NCBI GenBank assembly: GCA_964057225.1
Contig: OZ059896.1
Span: forward strand, 6,510,001 to 6,574,000
Source: Auanema rhodensis
Taxonomy: Eukaryota > Animalia > Nematoda
Direction: 5' to 3'
Length of the DNA: 64,000 nucleotides
The stretch's first letter is position 1. Every line of letters begins with the position of its first letter. The translations under genes were made by a program, and so were the position numbers. The notes under the pieces were generated by a model. The model did no database searches, had not been told where the DNA came from, and saw nothing but the letters and a program-made list of their open reading frames with translations. Below, one piece after another: positions 28,753-40,003 of this stretch.

Positions 28753-29005
28753 TTGGTCTGATGTGAATGCCATCATCCATTACAACACCTTTCGGATACA
28801 CCAGAGATAATCCAGTTTTATTCAAATCATAAGTCTTGGATAATCAATCCAAGCATAATTGAATTGCAACATTCTCACCTTAAAATCATCGAACATATTA
28901 CAAGCTGTTGCGGTGTGATGAGGCCGTGTGAAATAATATATTTATTCTAAGTAGAATAAACAACTAAACATAATAATCGAGGAAGAAATAAAGAAATACA
29001 ATCAA

Positions 29006-29903
29006 TTACACAACAAAAACGGAATAAGAACACTTGAAAGGAGTACCACCAAGAATAATAGTATTATTTACTTTTTTGATATTAACCTTTGGATCAGTTC
29101 CAACAATAAAAACCTTATTGAATTCTGCCTCAAGATTTTTGGTATCAAATGTTGCAAATATATTAACAAATTTTTCAATATCGCTTATGAATCCTTCATA
29201 TTCACTCGGCTTGAAATAAGTGGAACCATAAACACTCGAGTGCAACCTAAATTTACTTAATAGTTTTAAGAGAAATAGAAGAACCAAAAAATTCTAACTA
29301 AAAATAAATATAAAGGAAAATCTACTATAATATATAAAACAACTGTGCAATAAAACATAAACTTAAATAGCTTACTTTTCGGCCGTTGTCCAGTATTCCT
29401 TCATTTCAATTGCTATTCTGACGTTTTGAACGGCACAGATGATCGCGAAATTACAGAAGTAAGTCAAAGATTTATGCGATTTGATGTCGATACCTGAAAC
29501 CTTCAGATAAAAACATCCAATAAGCAATATATATTACCTCCGGACAATAGGAACTGCTTCTTCACAGCATAGATCGCGGCAAACCACAATTTCTCGGCTG
29601 CTTGAATGATGTCTGGCGGCGATTGACTGTGATAGAACCGAGCCTTCTCGATAAACGTTTTCACGTCGTATTCCTCCATTTCTTTCTGAAAAACAAAATA
29701 ATTTTTTAAAAATTTGTTTGTTAACTCGTAGTTTATTTTAAGAAAACTTATTAGCACCCAAAAATCAAAATAAATCATACCAAAAACTCCCAGCCACAAT
29801 CATCAACAAGCACGTTTTCTTTGAATTGATCGCGTAGACGGTCAAAAGTCTCTTCGTCATCGCAAATCAAACGATCGCCATTTACGAAAAATTCCTTAGG
29901 CAT
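29006..29903 (-). CDS. PaREP1/HEPN-like protein, 209 aa from the Met at 29903; 4 exons; true start may lie upstream
   Basis: Exons 29903-29781, 29685-29538, 29493-29376 and 29246-29006 splice (GT-AG; phases 0,1,2) into an open 630-nt frame containing IIQAAEKLWFAAIYAVK, KSHKSL and YWTTAEKLHSSVYG. Confidence 0.68.
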
Positions 29904-30182
29904 AGGGTTAACGCTACTTCTAAAAAGAGCTTTAATGGAAGAATGCGATGTTAACAGTTTTTCTCCTTCCTGTTCGTCTATTTGTCTTCTATTCTAGTTA
30001 AAAGAGTCGCGTGTCGCGTCGCGTGCGCCTAGTTCAACTGGGGCAATTGTGTGATTGTGCTCGGTCACACTTCTAGGAAGCTTTGCTTTCGCTGCTTACG
30101 CCTTATTTCAATTTTGACCATCTTTTCTAAAAAAATCCTTGAAATTTTCAATTCTGACTTATCCTGAAGAATTCGAGAAAAT

Positions 30183-30579
30183 CTATGGTTTTTGAATACT
30201 TTTTTGAATGAAAGCTATTTGTTCTTCTGGTGTTCTTTTTTTAGTTATTTTAGAAATGTCTATCAATCCTATAGATTTGGGATTTCCAGAGGTCTTTGAT
30301 TCTACCAATCCTCCAAATGACGCAGTTGAAGGATGCTTTGCTGACGCTCTAGAAATATTTGATTCGAAATCATCATCATACTCCTTCACCAGGTGAATGT
30401 CTTACAGATCCTTCGGATTCAGCGAAAGCAAGCTTCCTAGAAGTGTCTGTGAATTTTCTAATATTCTTATTTAAATAATCTACACTACAACCAATTTCTC
30501 TGCAGAATTTTGTTTTCTTGATGTAAACATTTTTATTTTTGTAATCAATCCAGGCATCATATAATTTTCTATTACTCAT
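30183..30579 (-). pseudogene. Frameshifted small Maverick ORF with an HTH-like N-terminus
   Basis: Two overlapping ORFs (30376-30579 and 30183-30389); KKTKFCREIGCSVDYLNK resembles a helix-turn-helix. Confidence 0.4.
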
Positions 30580-30653
30580 TTTTAATTTATATCTTTGTGT
30601 AGCAAAAAAGTAAATCTTTGATTTATATCATTAAAAATTATCAATAGATTATA

Positions 30654-31151
30654 ATGAATACTAATGAATACTTTTGGATACTAATGGATACTAAAGATTC
30701 GAAGTTATCACGAAGTGATGAACATAGTTACAAATATGCTTTTATTAAACACTTAACATCAGAATGTAAAAGTGAATGCAAAAGTATAATAATTAATTGT
30801 CTCGGAATTTCTAATAAAAAGAAATCTATGATGCTCAAAGAAGTAGAAAAAGCATTTCAATTAGAAAGAGATGAACACAATGAACTGAGAAAGAAGTATA
30901 ATGAGAAACAAAAGGAACAAATAGTAGAAATTCCTTTAGTTGATCTTTCTCTTACTCTAAAGAATAAGAAGACATTGACAAATCGAGAATGTTTAGATTT
31001 TCTCAATGATCTAGATATAGATGATACACTTCTTAGTGATAAGTTTAAAAGAGTGGATGTTTCTGAAGAATTTTCAAATATTTCGAGAGCATATGTAAAT
31101 GAAGAGAATAACATTATTCAGCGTCAACAGTGTAAGCTTCCTCAAAGCTAA
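30654..31151 (+). CDS. Uncharacterised intronless Maverick ORF (165 aa), probably truncated
   Basis: Long intronless K/E-rich ORF inside the Maverick block; it ends at the junction with an inverted fragment. Confidence 0.45.
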   Translation: MNTNEYFWILMDTKDSKLSRSDEHSYKYAFIKHLTSECKSECKSIIINCLGISNKKKSMMLKEVEKAFQLERDEHNELRKKYNEKQKEQIVEIPLVDLSLTLKNKKTLTNRECLDFLNDLDIDDTLLSDKFKRVDVSEEFSNISRAYVNEENNIIQRQQCKLPQS

Positions 31152-31340
31152 AAAGTTAAAAACCTATGTTGAGCAGGTAGATCTTTCTTTTTTATCCTTT
31201 TCTGGCGAATCAATTCATCGACAATAGAATGAATTTTATTATATTCACCATTATTCCCAGCTTGATATGAACCTACTGATAATCTTAATGAATCCAGTAG
31301 AGTATTAATATCAGAAGGTAAAATGATTGATATTGAGATA
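31148..31340 (-). pseudogene. Fragment of a conserved Maverick/adintovirus protein C-terminus
   Basis: ILPSDINTLLDSLRLSVGSYQAGNNGEYNKIHSIVDELIRQKRI resembles the recurrent Polinton motif LPSDPNEL..RL.LL..S..AGN....EI..I.DEL (from recall). Confidence 0.65.
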
Positions 31341-31546
31341 AGATGATTAATCAAACTTCCTGAAACCTGAGAAGTTTGAATGATCATTCTCAAAAAAATC
31401 AAGAAAATCCATTACCACCTCCAGATGAGATTTTTCCTATGGATGATTTGATTTTTATTTAACAAAACGATATAGAAAATGCTAATTCAAGAATAAGAAA
31501 TTATAGAAGCAAGAAAAACAAAGATTTCCTAGAAAATCCTTTTGAA

Positions 31547-32320
31547 ATGATCGAAGAGAAAGGTATTGAATTTTACACCACGATTCTAAAAAAGAGATTG
31601 ACTTCTTTTCTCAAGAAGAAGCAAAATACTGTAGTAAATGGTATTTACAAAAATACTAATGTGAGAATAACGCTATATTTAGAATATGAAACAAAGAAGC
31701 CTGATTCTACTGATCCGCATAAGATTCATGTAAATACGAAAACTCAACTTTTACATTCTGGTGAAAGTAGGGAAGAATTCTATCAAGCAACATGTAGCAC
31801 ATTAATGAATGACGTGGAGAATAGAGAACATCATGCTTCAGGATTAGTGATAACTAGGTTTTCGAGATTGACGATGTTTCAAACTAAAACTGATGTAATG
31901 ATAGGAGCATACCGAATTCTCAGTTTGTTATTAAGAAAAGGTCTGTTTTAAATATCCAGAACAAAGATAACATGTGTTTCAAGTGGTGTATTCTAGCTCA
32001 TCTACATCCTGCTAAAAGAAATAAAGAAAGAGTTACTAAATACACGTCTTTTAAGGATAAATTGAATTTTGATGGACTTGAATTTCCTTTCAAGTTTGAA
32101 TAATTTAAGTGTTCATGTTTTTGCATATGAATACTCTATTTCAAATTATGCTCAAACGAGAAATAATTACCGACCTACACCCGATGATTATGAACATAGA
32201 ATATATAAAATTCGTCATTCAACTTATAAATGTGAAAAAGAAAGAACTGTTAACCTCTTTTATAATGAAGATTCAGAAGGTAATGGACATTTTAGTCTTA
32301 GTCTTCACATATTTAAGTAG
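31547..32320 (+). pseudogene. Protein-primed DNA polymerase B (Maverick), N-terminal fragment, frameshifted and truncated
   Basis: ...ASGLVITRF..IGAY, then in another frame KRSVLNIQNKDNMCFKWCILAHLHPAKRNKERVTKY..LNFDGLEFP, then NNLSVHVF..VNLFY..GHF; stops before the exonuclease and polymerase domains. Confidence 0.85.
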
Positions 32321-33245
32321 ACTTAAGAAGCTATTGTATGTCAAAATATAAGAAAAGAAAGAAAATAATCTTTTTTTCTTTTTCCTCTATTTTCATTCTT
32401 TTGTATTTCATTTTCTTTTTTATCACAACGATCATAATGCATCCAAGCAAACCAAATATGTAAAAACCTGTTTTATTTAAAAAGTCGTAATATATGAAAT
32501 ACATATATACATATAAATTTATATAAATTTATATAAATTTATATATAAATTTATTAAAAATTAATAAATTAGATGTAACTATATGTATATTTACTAATAC
32601 ATAGGTGTATATTATTAATATAATATTGTTTGATTTGAATATTATATTATTTCATTATATAAATAATAATTTATTCAAAAATAAAAGAAAAAAATAAAAA
32701 TATAAAAGGGAAATAAAGAACAAAAGCATACAGATTCATGTCTTTTTTCATTTATTCTTTTAATTTTTTTTTATATTTACTTTAATAAATTCTTATATAG
32801 TATATACTAACTATAAACAATATATATATATTTTTAATAATAAAAAATAATATAAAAATCAAATTAATTAATAAAAATCTATATTATATGTATAACTTAA
32901 ATATTATTTTAAATATATTTGTTTTTTACATTTTTGTTTAAATTTGTCAATTAAAAATAAACAAAAATAATATAAAAATATTTATAAAAATTAAAAAAAA
33001 ATTAAAATAATAGAAATTAAATTAAAGGAACATATTTAGCCATGAAAGACATATAATTAAGAATTATTTACTATATTATTTATATAATATGTAATCCCTG
33101 ATTAGTTATGACCCGTAATATTGTGGATTTTTTCTTTTAAAATGAGAGCCTGAAAGAAAAAATATAATTATATCATAAAATTATATTAATTATGTTATAA
33201 AATCTTTAAATTCCGAATTTAAAAATCTTGATTTACCTTTATTTT

Positions 33246-33863
33246 CTAAAAAAAATTCCATTTGTGATGTGATTTCAATTGTCCCGTACATACGCAACAT
33301 GTCATTCCTGTAGCCGTTAACATACATGTCATCTCATCAGATTCAAATTCAGAACAATCCATCAAATCAATATGTTCACAATCACCTAGAATACTGAGCT
33401 GGATAGGTTGAAATGCTTGATATAACAAGTTACTTACCACTTTCTATAACAGCATTACTTATATGACGTCGACGACGTACTTCTACATTGGTTTCAGAAG
33501 AAGATGATTCTGACGATAAAGCTGCAGTTGTAGTTGTAGTCATTACTTCCAGTTCAGGTGAGGAGTCTGGGTTGAATCGTCGGAGATAGACATCACGACT
33601 GACAGCAGGTTCCCACGCTACAATAGGCACACCACCAACGACATCCAGCGGAGTTCTGAAAGATTAATATAATTTATTTATATAATTAAAGTTAAAAACG
33701 ATGTTTATTCGTTTAAATCTTATAAAACATACATTTTGCCTTCTCTTTCTTTAATTATTTTTCGAAGAACACGAAGAGTATCAGCACGTCCTTGAACCAA
33801 CAGGTTGTTCAAACTATGTACAAAAGCAATGCTTGTAGTAATAAGTAAAAGCAATCTAGTCAT
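33246..33863 (-). CDS. Secreted prepropeptide with an RRRR site and a 6-Cys C-terminal domain; 3 exons
   Basis: MTRLLLLITTSIAFVHS...EVRRRR|HISNAVIESGDCEHIDLMDCSEFESDEMTCMLTATGMTCCVCTG; introns in phases 2 and 1; TTTCAG just upstream of the ATG. Confidence 0.8.
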
Positions 33864-33999
33864 TTTTAATCTGAAATTAAAGATTTAGTTCTTCATTTGG
33901 AATACAAAGTTAAAAATAAAATTAATTGAGACGAGGAAAAGAAGTGGAGGAATTCCTCCCAAGCAGCTGTTCCGGAAAATATCTGAAGCATAAGCTTCT

Positions 34000-34182
34000 T
34001 CAACTGTACACCAATGTCTTCCGGTGCCGCAAAAAATAACAAGAAAAAATCCAGGAAAGGAAAGATGCGAAGATGCAAGACAGATAGAACGTGGAGTTTT
34101 CAGATAGACGAGATGCTTCAGCTCTAGCACTCGCCTTCCGAATCAGAAGGCTCAAGATGGTTAGGCAAACAGTGATTTTCAT
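34000..34182 (-). CDS. Candidate 60-aa single-pass membrane micropeptide
   Basis: ATG directly after TTGAACAG; signal-like MKITVCLTILSLLIRKASA, NST sequon, hydrophobic FYLSCIFASFLSWIFSCYFL, basic RHRK. Confidence 0.4.
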   Translation of the reverse strand: MKITVCLTILSLLIRKASARAEASRLSENSTFYLSCIFASFLSWIFSCYFLRHRKTLVYS

Positions 34183-35487
34183 CTGTTCAAACTAGTCCAT
34201 ATTCTGACCAATATCGGAAATATTCACGTGAGCAAAATGATGTCAATGTTTTTTTAAGAAAATAAATTAATATATTAAAATATAAATTAATAAAGATAAA
34301 AAACTTTGAAAAAATAAGAATGTTGAAGAAAGTGGGTGTAAGAATGAAATGATTAGAGAATTACAAAGACAATATAGAAGTATTATATAACATATAATCT
34401 ATAATTAATAATAAAAATAAATATATATTTTATTTAAAAGATTATATAAACATTTGTATTTATTTAGATAAGTTCAAACATTTCATTTAATTTATAATCA
34501 AAAATATATTTAACTTCTAATCTCATTTTTCTTACTTCTATGTATATAATTTTAATTATTTGTTTTACAAATAATAATAATTAAAAATAAATGATCTGAT
34601 CTGTTTAATAAATAAATATATATATAGATATATAGATATATAAACTTTTATATAAAATATTATGAACAACTATTGTATAAAATAAATAATTCTAGTTGTA
34701 TCATAGTTAAATATACAAAAATCTTTACAATTTATCAAATATAAATAGAAAATGATAATTATCTGTTCAATGCTTTGGTAATTGAGCAAAGAGAAGTGAT
34801 GTAATCCTAGCATATTTGCAGTAGCACTGACCAAGCATTCTACAGTTTATATACGGTTTCCGCTTCCGGAAATAAAGGCGTGGCTTTCCGGGTTTCTAAG
34901 CATGATCCACATCAAGCTTTGTCACCTTTTCTCTCTTGTTTCCTCGTGGTATTTTTATTTTTTTATGTGAAATATGGGTGGAGATTTAGAGTTTTCTTCA
35001 AAATCCTCCTCTTCGCTCATGTGATAGCCGTTACATGTAGGCGGTGCTTGCTTGACTCACTTAGGCTGCACAATAATGATAAGGAAAACGAAAACATAAA
35101 AAAAAAGAAAAAGACAATATGCATAAGAAGAAAAAACTGGAAAATGGAGTTTCCCTCACCATTTGTGACTCGAAAAAGCTTTCCAATGATCACAAGGTGA
35201 TGCCTGATCTATACAACAAGCTTCTTAATATTATCAAACAAACACAAAGTTCCTTAACAAAATTCTTTTTTCGTCTCATTTATTTGTATTTTAAAACTTT
35301 TTGCAAATAGGTAGAAAACAAGCAAATATTACAAGTTTCATTGATTTGTTTATTAGATTAACAAGTTTAAGATTTCAAGTTTTTCAATATAATGATTACA
35401 TCATTATTTCTTTAAATGAAAGTGATATAGATTTGAAACTTAAAGAAAGTGAAAGCTTATATGGTAATTGATTTATAACACTAAAAG

Positions 35488-35493
<6 letters not shown>

Positions 35494-35546
<53 letters not shown>
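35494..35546 (+). repeat. (GA)n microsatellite; similar tracts at ~5263-5294, 22869-22910, 37285-37328 and 55615-55670, plus (TA)n tracts and (GAT)n at 26190-26220
   Basis: Directly visible simple repeats. Confidence 0.95.
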
Positions 35547-35549
<3 letters not shown>

Positions 35550-36129
35550 ATCTTATACATTCTTTATAAGTTTATGTCATTAGAATACTTATCATTATAT
35601 TTATTTTTCAAATTTTTTATTATTATGTTTAACTAGATGACATCATTCTCTTTTTAGAATTTTGAAATTATATTCATGGTAGGAGGTCTCATCAATACCT
35701 CTTGAAATAGTTATTGAAATACATCCAAAAATAGACAAAAAACAGCTTTTGGAGATTGATAAAAAAGTCAAATACTTTTTGTTTTTCGAGAGATATTCTT
35801 GTTTGCAAAACAAAAGTTCATTTTTGGAGATACTTAATGTTTTCATCTTATGCTTTCATATACTAAATAAAAACTTTACTTTTTACCCTTTTAATTATAA
35901 ATAAAAAATATTTATTACATTAGAGGGGAAAGCCCTTGAAACTTTGTTTTCAAATGACGTATACGGCAGAGAACGATTTGCAACAATGTCCGAAAAAACT
36001 TGAAAATAACAGTTGTGAATCAGATGTCTCGTTTTTTGGACATTATTTGCTCAGATGATCAGGTTGATGCTGCGGTAACATCAGGATGTGATGACTATGG
36101 TTGTGGTTGTAGTTGTCGTCAGCCAATTC

Positions 36130-37281
36130 GAAAATGGTTTCTGGCTTCTGTACAGGACGAAAAAGGCAAATTAGGATGACGTGATTTAGGTCAACAGAAA
36201 CTAAGAGAGAGTGTAAGCTAATATGAGAGAAAGACTCATGTTCGAGCAATAATCAAACAAAAGCTCAAGTTTTTCTATTTTGTCTGATTCTCTCATAAAA
36301 TCTTTCTGAATGAGCATTATATAAGCCATTCAATTATTTGATGTTCTTTTCTTTTGTTTTGAATGATCTGTATTGATTTGAAAAGGATTCTCCATAAAAA
36401 GTTGTTATGAAATTAAGAAAATTTCAATTTATTTGATAATATGAGGAGCAGGGTTATCTTTTTTTTGAATGTTAGAGATTTCGTGTAAGGAAACGTCATC
36501 AACAGTTCTCCAGAAGAAACAAGACCCTTGAGCAATCAAATGAGAGAAAGAATGCTTTCAAAGAAATGAGAGAGAGAGAGAGAGATTTCACTTCCCTATT
36601 CTCTTTATCATCCCTTTCCTTTTTTTGTATTGAAAAGCTTATTTCTTTTCCGGATATTCAAAGTTATAAGCTTAAATAATGAAAATAAAAAGAAGAAATT
36701 AGAGGAAACAGACATCACATGGAATAAAAATCAGAAAATTTCAAAATTAATTTGATATTTAGCTTACTGTCTTGTCAACATTTGAAGTAAAATTTACAAT
36801 AAACTAGATGGGAACTAGTTTGAACCAATTACTTGATATCAGAGTTTCATTCAAAGGAGATGCTAATCAAAAACAAAAGTTTGAGAAAACCTTTCAAGAC
36901 ATGAAAACAGATAATATTTATTTCTGATAGATTAAGCTTCATTTAAGAAATGACTAAACCCTTTTAACTTTGATCTTATCTCATAATTATATGAAAAAAC
37001 GATTAACTATGTGATTAAATAAGGTAATTCTAACTAGATGTAATAAAGTTTTATTAGTTTAAAACAAATCTTCCACTTCCTGTTTATGAATGAAACGTTT
37101 TTCATGTTAAATAAGTTGTTTAAAGAGGGAAACTAAATTTTGTATTCAAAGGGAATTTTATTTTTTCCGGATTTATTCATACAATTGTCTTAAAAATCTT
37201 TTTTTTTTCTCAAGTACGATGAATGAGATTGATCTTCTTATTAGAAAAAAAACTATGAATGAAGACGAAACTGTGAACCTT

Positions 37282-37338
<57 letters not shown>

Positions 37339-37511
37339 TAAAGAGTTATAGAAGGGGTAGTTGGGAATAAGAGAGCGAAAGGACATCTAAAACCTTATAG
37401 GTATCACATTTCATCTTCACACATCACAACTACATAAGTACTTTGCCACACAATATGATGTGGCTAAGATGGTCGACGTCACAACATCATCATCATTTAC
37501 CTGTTACGGCT
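36130..37511 (+). repeat. Left arm of a 1382-bp inverted duplication
   Basis: Reverse complement of 39774-41155, including the same (GA)22 tract length. Confidence 0.95.
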
Positions 37512-37655
37512 ACTTTTTTGATGTCTAAATCATCAAGAATTATAAAATATTTAAAACTAAATTACATTCTTTTCATTATACATAACTATATATATAATAT
37601 AATATCTTTATATTCAAATATAATTAAGAAAAACACAGTAATGACATAGAAGATT

Positions 37656-39733
37656 TTAACTTTTTTTAACATTCTTACTATTATAATATTGTGGATCATT
37701 CATATAGTATTGAGCAGATTTACAATGTCCACAACTTTTTGCGCAATATGTTCGTAAAGTTTCTCTACTGAAAAGGATATCTTTTTCAAATTTTTAGTAA
37801 TTTAACTAGAATCTTGCCTGTGGGGATGTTGGCATACTCCTGATTCTGCCAAGGCTGAACAGTTATCAAGTTCATCTTTACAAGGAGGTAAAGCATCTAC
37901 AACAAGATAATCACTAACTTTAAAAAAATTTTGTTTCCTACCTGATATCGTACTTGGAGGTGTGCACATTTCGCAAGAACGTGGACAATACTCGTGAGCT
38001 GTTGGAAGCTTGCATCCCCCGAGTCGACGTACCTCCGCACAATCTACCTTTATGGAATCGAAACATTGTATTCCTTAACGATCAATTAGCCAATTATTGA
38101 TTGTTTCTATATGAGTACCATTGCAATTTTTGCATTTAACTGGACAAAGTTTTAAATAAAAGCCTGGGCGGGCTAAGCAGGTTTCTTCTGTTATTTTGGA
38201 GCATGTAGCTGGATCACGATCACGACATCCTAAAACAGATCAAAATATTAAAGTGTTTATGTGGAGTGAGCATACCTAAGAGGGAAACTAAATCAACAAT
38301 ATCTACTGGATGGTCCGACGAAATAGGATTTGCAGGAGAAAATGCAGGATTTCCATATTTAGAAGGAAAATATGATTGTTCATAATTATCATAACCAGGG
38401 TACATAGGTTGATTCAACTGTTGACGTTGTAATCGATTAAAATTATTATAATTATTATTATAATTATTAATATTCTTATTATAAAAATAATCAGAATTTG
38501 GTGGTGTATTTCTTGTCATTTCCGGATTATATGGATTTACAGGAAAATTAGGCATTAATCGTTGTGAATGATGTTCAAATACAGATGGACCAAAGCGCGG
38601 TTGATTAACATTTAATCTTTTTTTTCCCATAAACTGTTGTACAGGTTGAACAGGTTGAGTATTACCACTATATATTCTATTCTTTGAATATGTATTATAT
38701 CTTTAATAATAAAATTTAATTTATATTATTATCTAATTATTACCCTCTCATTGATGTTGGAGCTTTAACAATAGGCATTGGTTCTGGTATTTCTGGAAAC
38801 ATTTTTAATGCTGATGAATTTTTATTTTTCAAAGATGATTGATAATGTGGAGAATTTACTGAAATCAATAAAAAAATTCGATAAAGATGAAAGAGTTGTG
38901 TACCTGTTGGATCATGAACCCATTCAGTTTCTTCTTCATCTTGACCGGCTGCTTCACCTTCGATGTTCAAAGGCTCAGCAGGCATTTCAATTGAATTAGT
39001 TTCATAAGGAAATACTTTAATATCATTATAATCATCATCGGATGATCTTAATTAAATACATTTTAATAAATATATAATTTAATAAGAATTGCTTACGGAT
39101 ACATTGGAGGCATAACATAACCATTAGGTTGTTTACTTAATCTATTAAATTGATGTGTCATGGAAGAACTTGGATCAGATATAAATGGAATCTAAATGAA
39201 TAAGTTGAAAGTATGTTTCCAAATTTCAAAAATCTATTTCAAAACTTACAGCAGTGGTAGTAGCAGATGATGTTGTAAATATTGTTGTAGAAGTTGTTGG
39301 AGTATTATGAGATTGGATTGATTTTGATGTTATCTATGAGATAAAAAATAAAAATTAATTTTCAGAATAGATATGATACCTGCTTTTCTTTTTTTATTTT
39401 AATATCACGACATGTACCACATAGTAAAGGACAATAGTCTTTTAACATTGCATCACATTCAGATTTTCTTTCTTGTCGACAAGAAACAAAATGTGAATTA
39501 TGACAGAAATCTTTAAAATTTTATAATTATTTATAAATGTATAAATTTATTTTTATATTATTACCAACACAATTTCCACAAGTTTTCTTACAGTATTCAC
39601 GAGCATATCCTGGTCTTACAGTACAATCGTTGGAATTACAATATGGACTTCTATCAACACATTCTTTTTCTTCTTTAGCAGAGAGTTTGTAGACTATGGA
39701 TGTAATTATATGAAGAAATAGAAGAAACTTCAT
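37656..39733 (-). CDS. Secreted ShKT-domain protein (2 N-terminal and 3 C-terminal ShK-like domains, low-complexity linker)
   Basis: Signal peptide MKFLLFLHII..; CVDRSPYC..YCKKTCGNC, YCPLLCGTC, CRDRDPATC..LCPVKCKNC, YCPRSCEMC, CKDELDNC..YCAKSCGHC. Confidence 0.88.
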
Positions 39734-39773
39734 ATCTGGAAAAGGATTGGTAAAAATCAAAAATTCGGTAAAA

Positions 39774-39946
39774 AGCCGTAACAGGTAAATGATGATGATG
39801 TTGTGACGTCGACCATCTTAGCCACATCATATTGTGTGGCAAAGTACTTATGTAGTTGTGATGTGTGAAGATGAAATGTGATACCTATAAGGTTTTAGAT
39901 GTCCTTTCGCTCTCTTATTCCCAACTACCCCTTCTATAACTCTTTA

Positions 39947-40003
<57 letters not shown>

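Larger units (their letters stand above)
28056..32326. mobile_element. Rearranged Maverick/Polinton (adintovirus-like) remnant with cargo
   Basis: Contains an adenain protease, a pPolB N-terminus and an SxxAGN-motif fragment. It occupies the place of 26155-26220 in the other duplicate copy. No TIR or TSD seen. Confidence 0.85.
25956..32889 (+). repeat. Tandem segmental duplication; each copy carries a different insertion
   Basis: 25956-26008 matches 27958-28010; 26121-26154 matches 28022-28055; 26221-26718 plus 27889-27956 matches 32327-32889, near-identical by eye. Confidence 0.9.

Noticed and set aside
30095-30121. MVKIEIR|gtaag as first exon of the HEPN-like gene
   Set aside because: The phase-1 donor does not fit the nearest plausible acceptor (~29995, phase 0), so the start is left at 29903.
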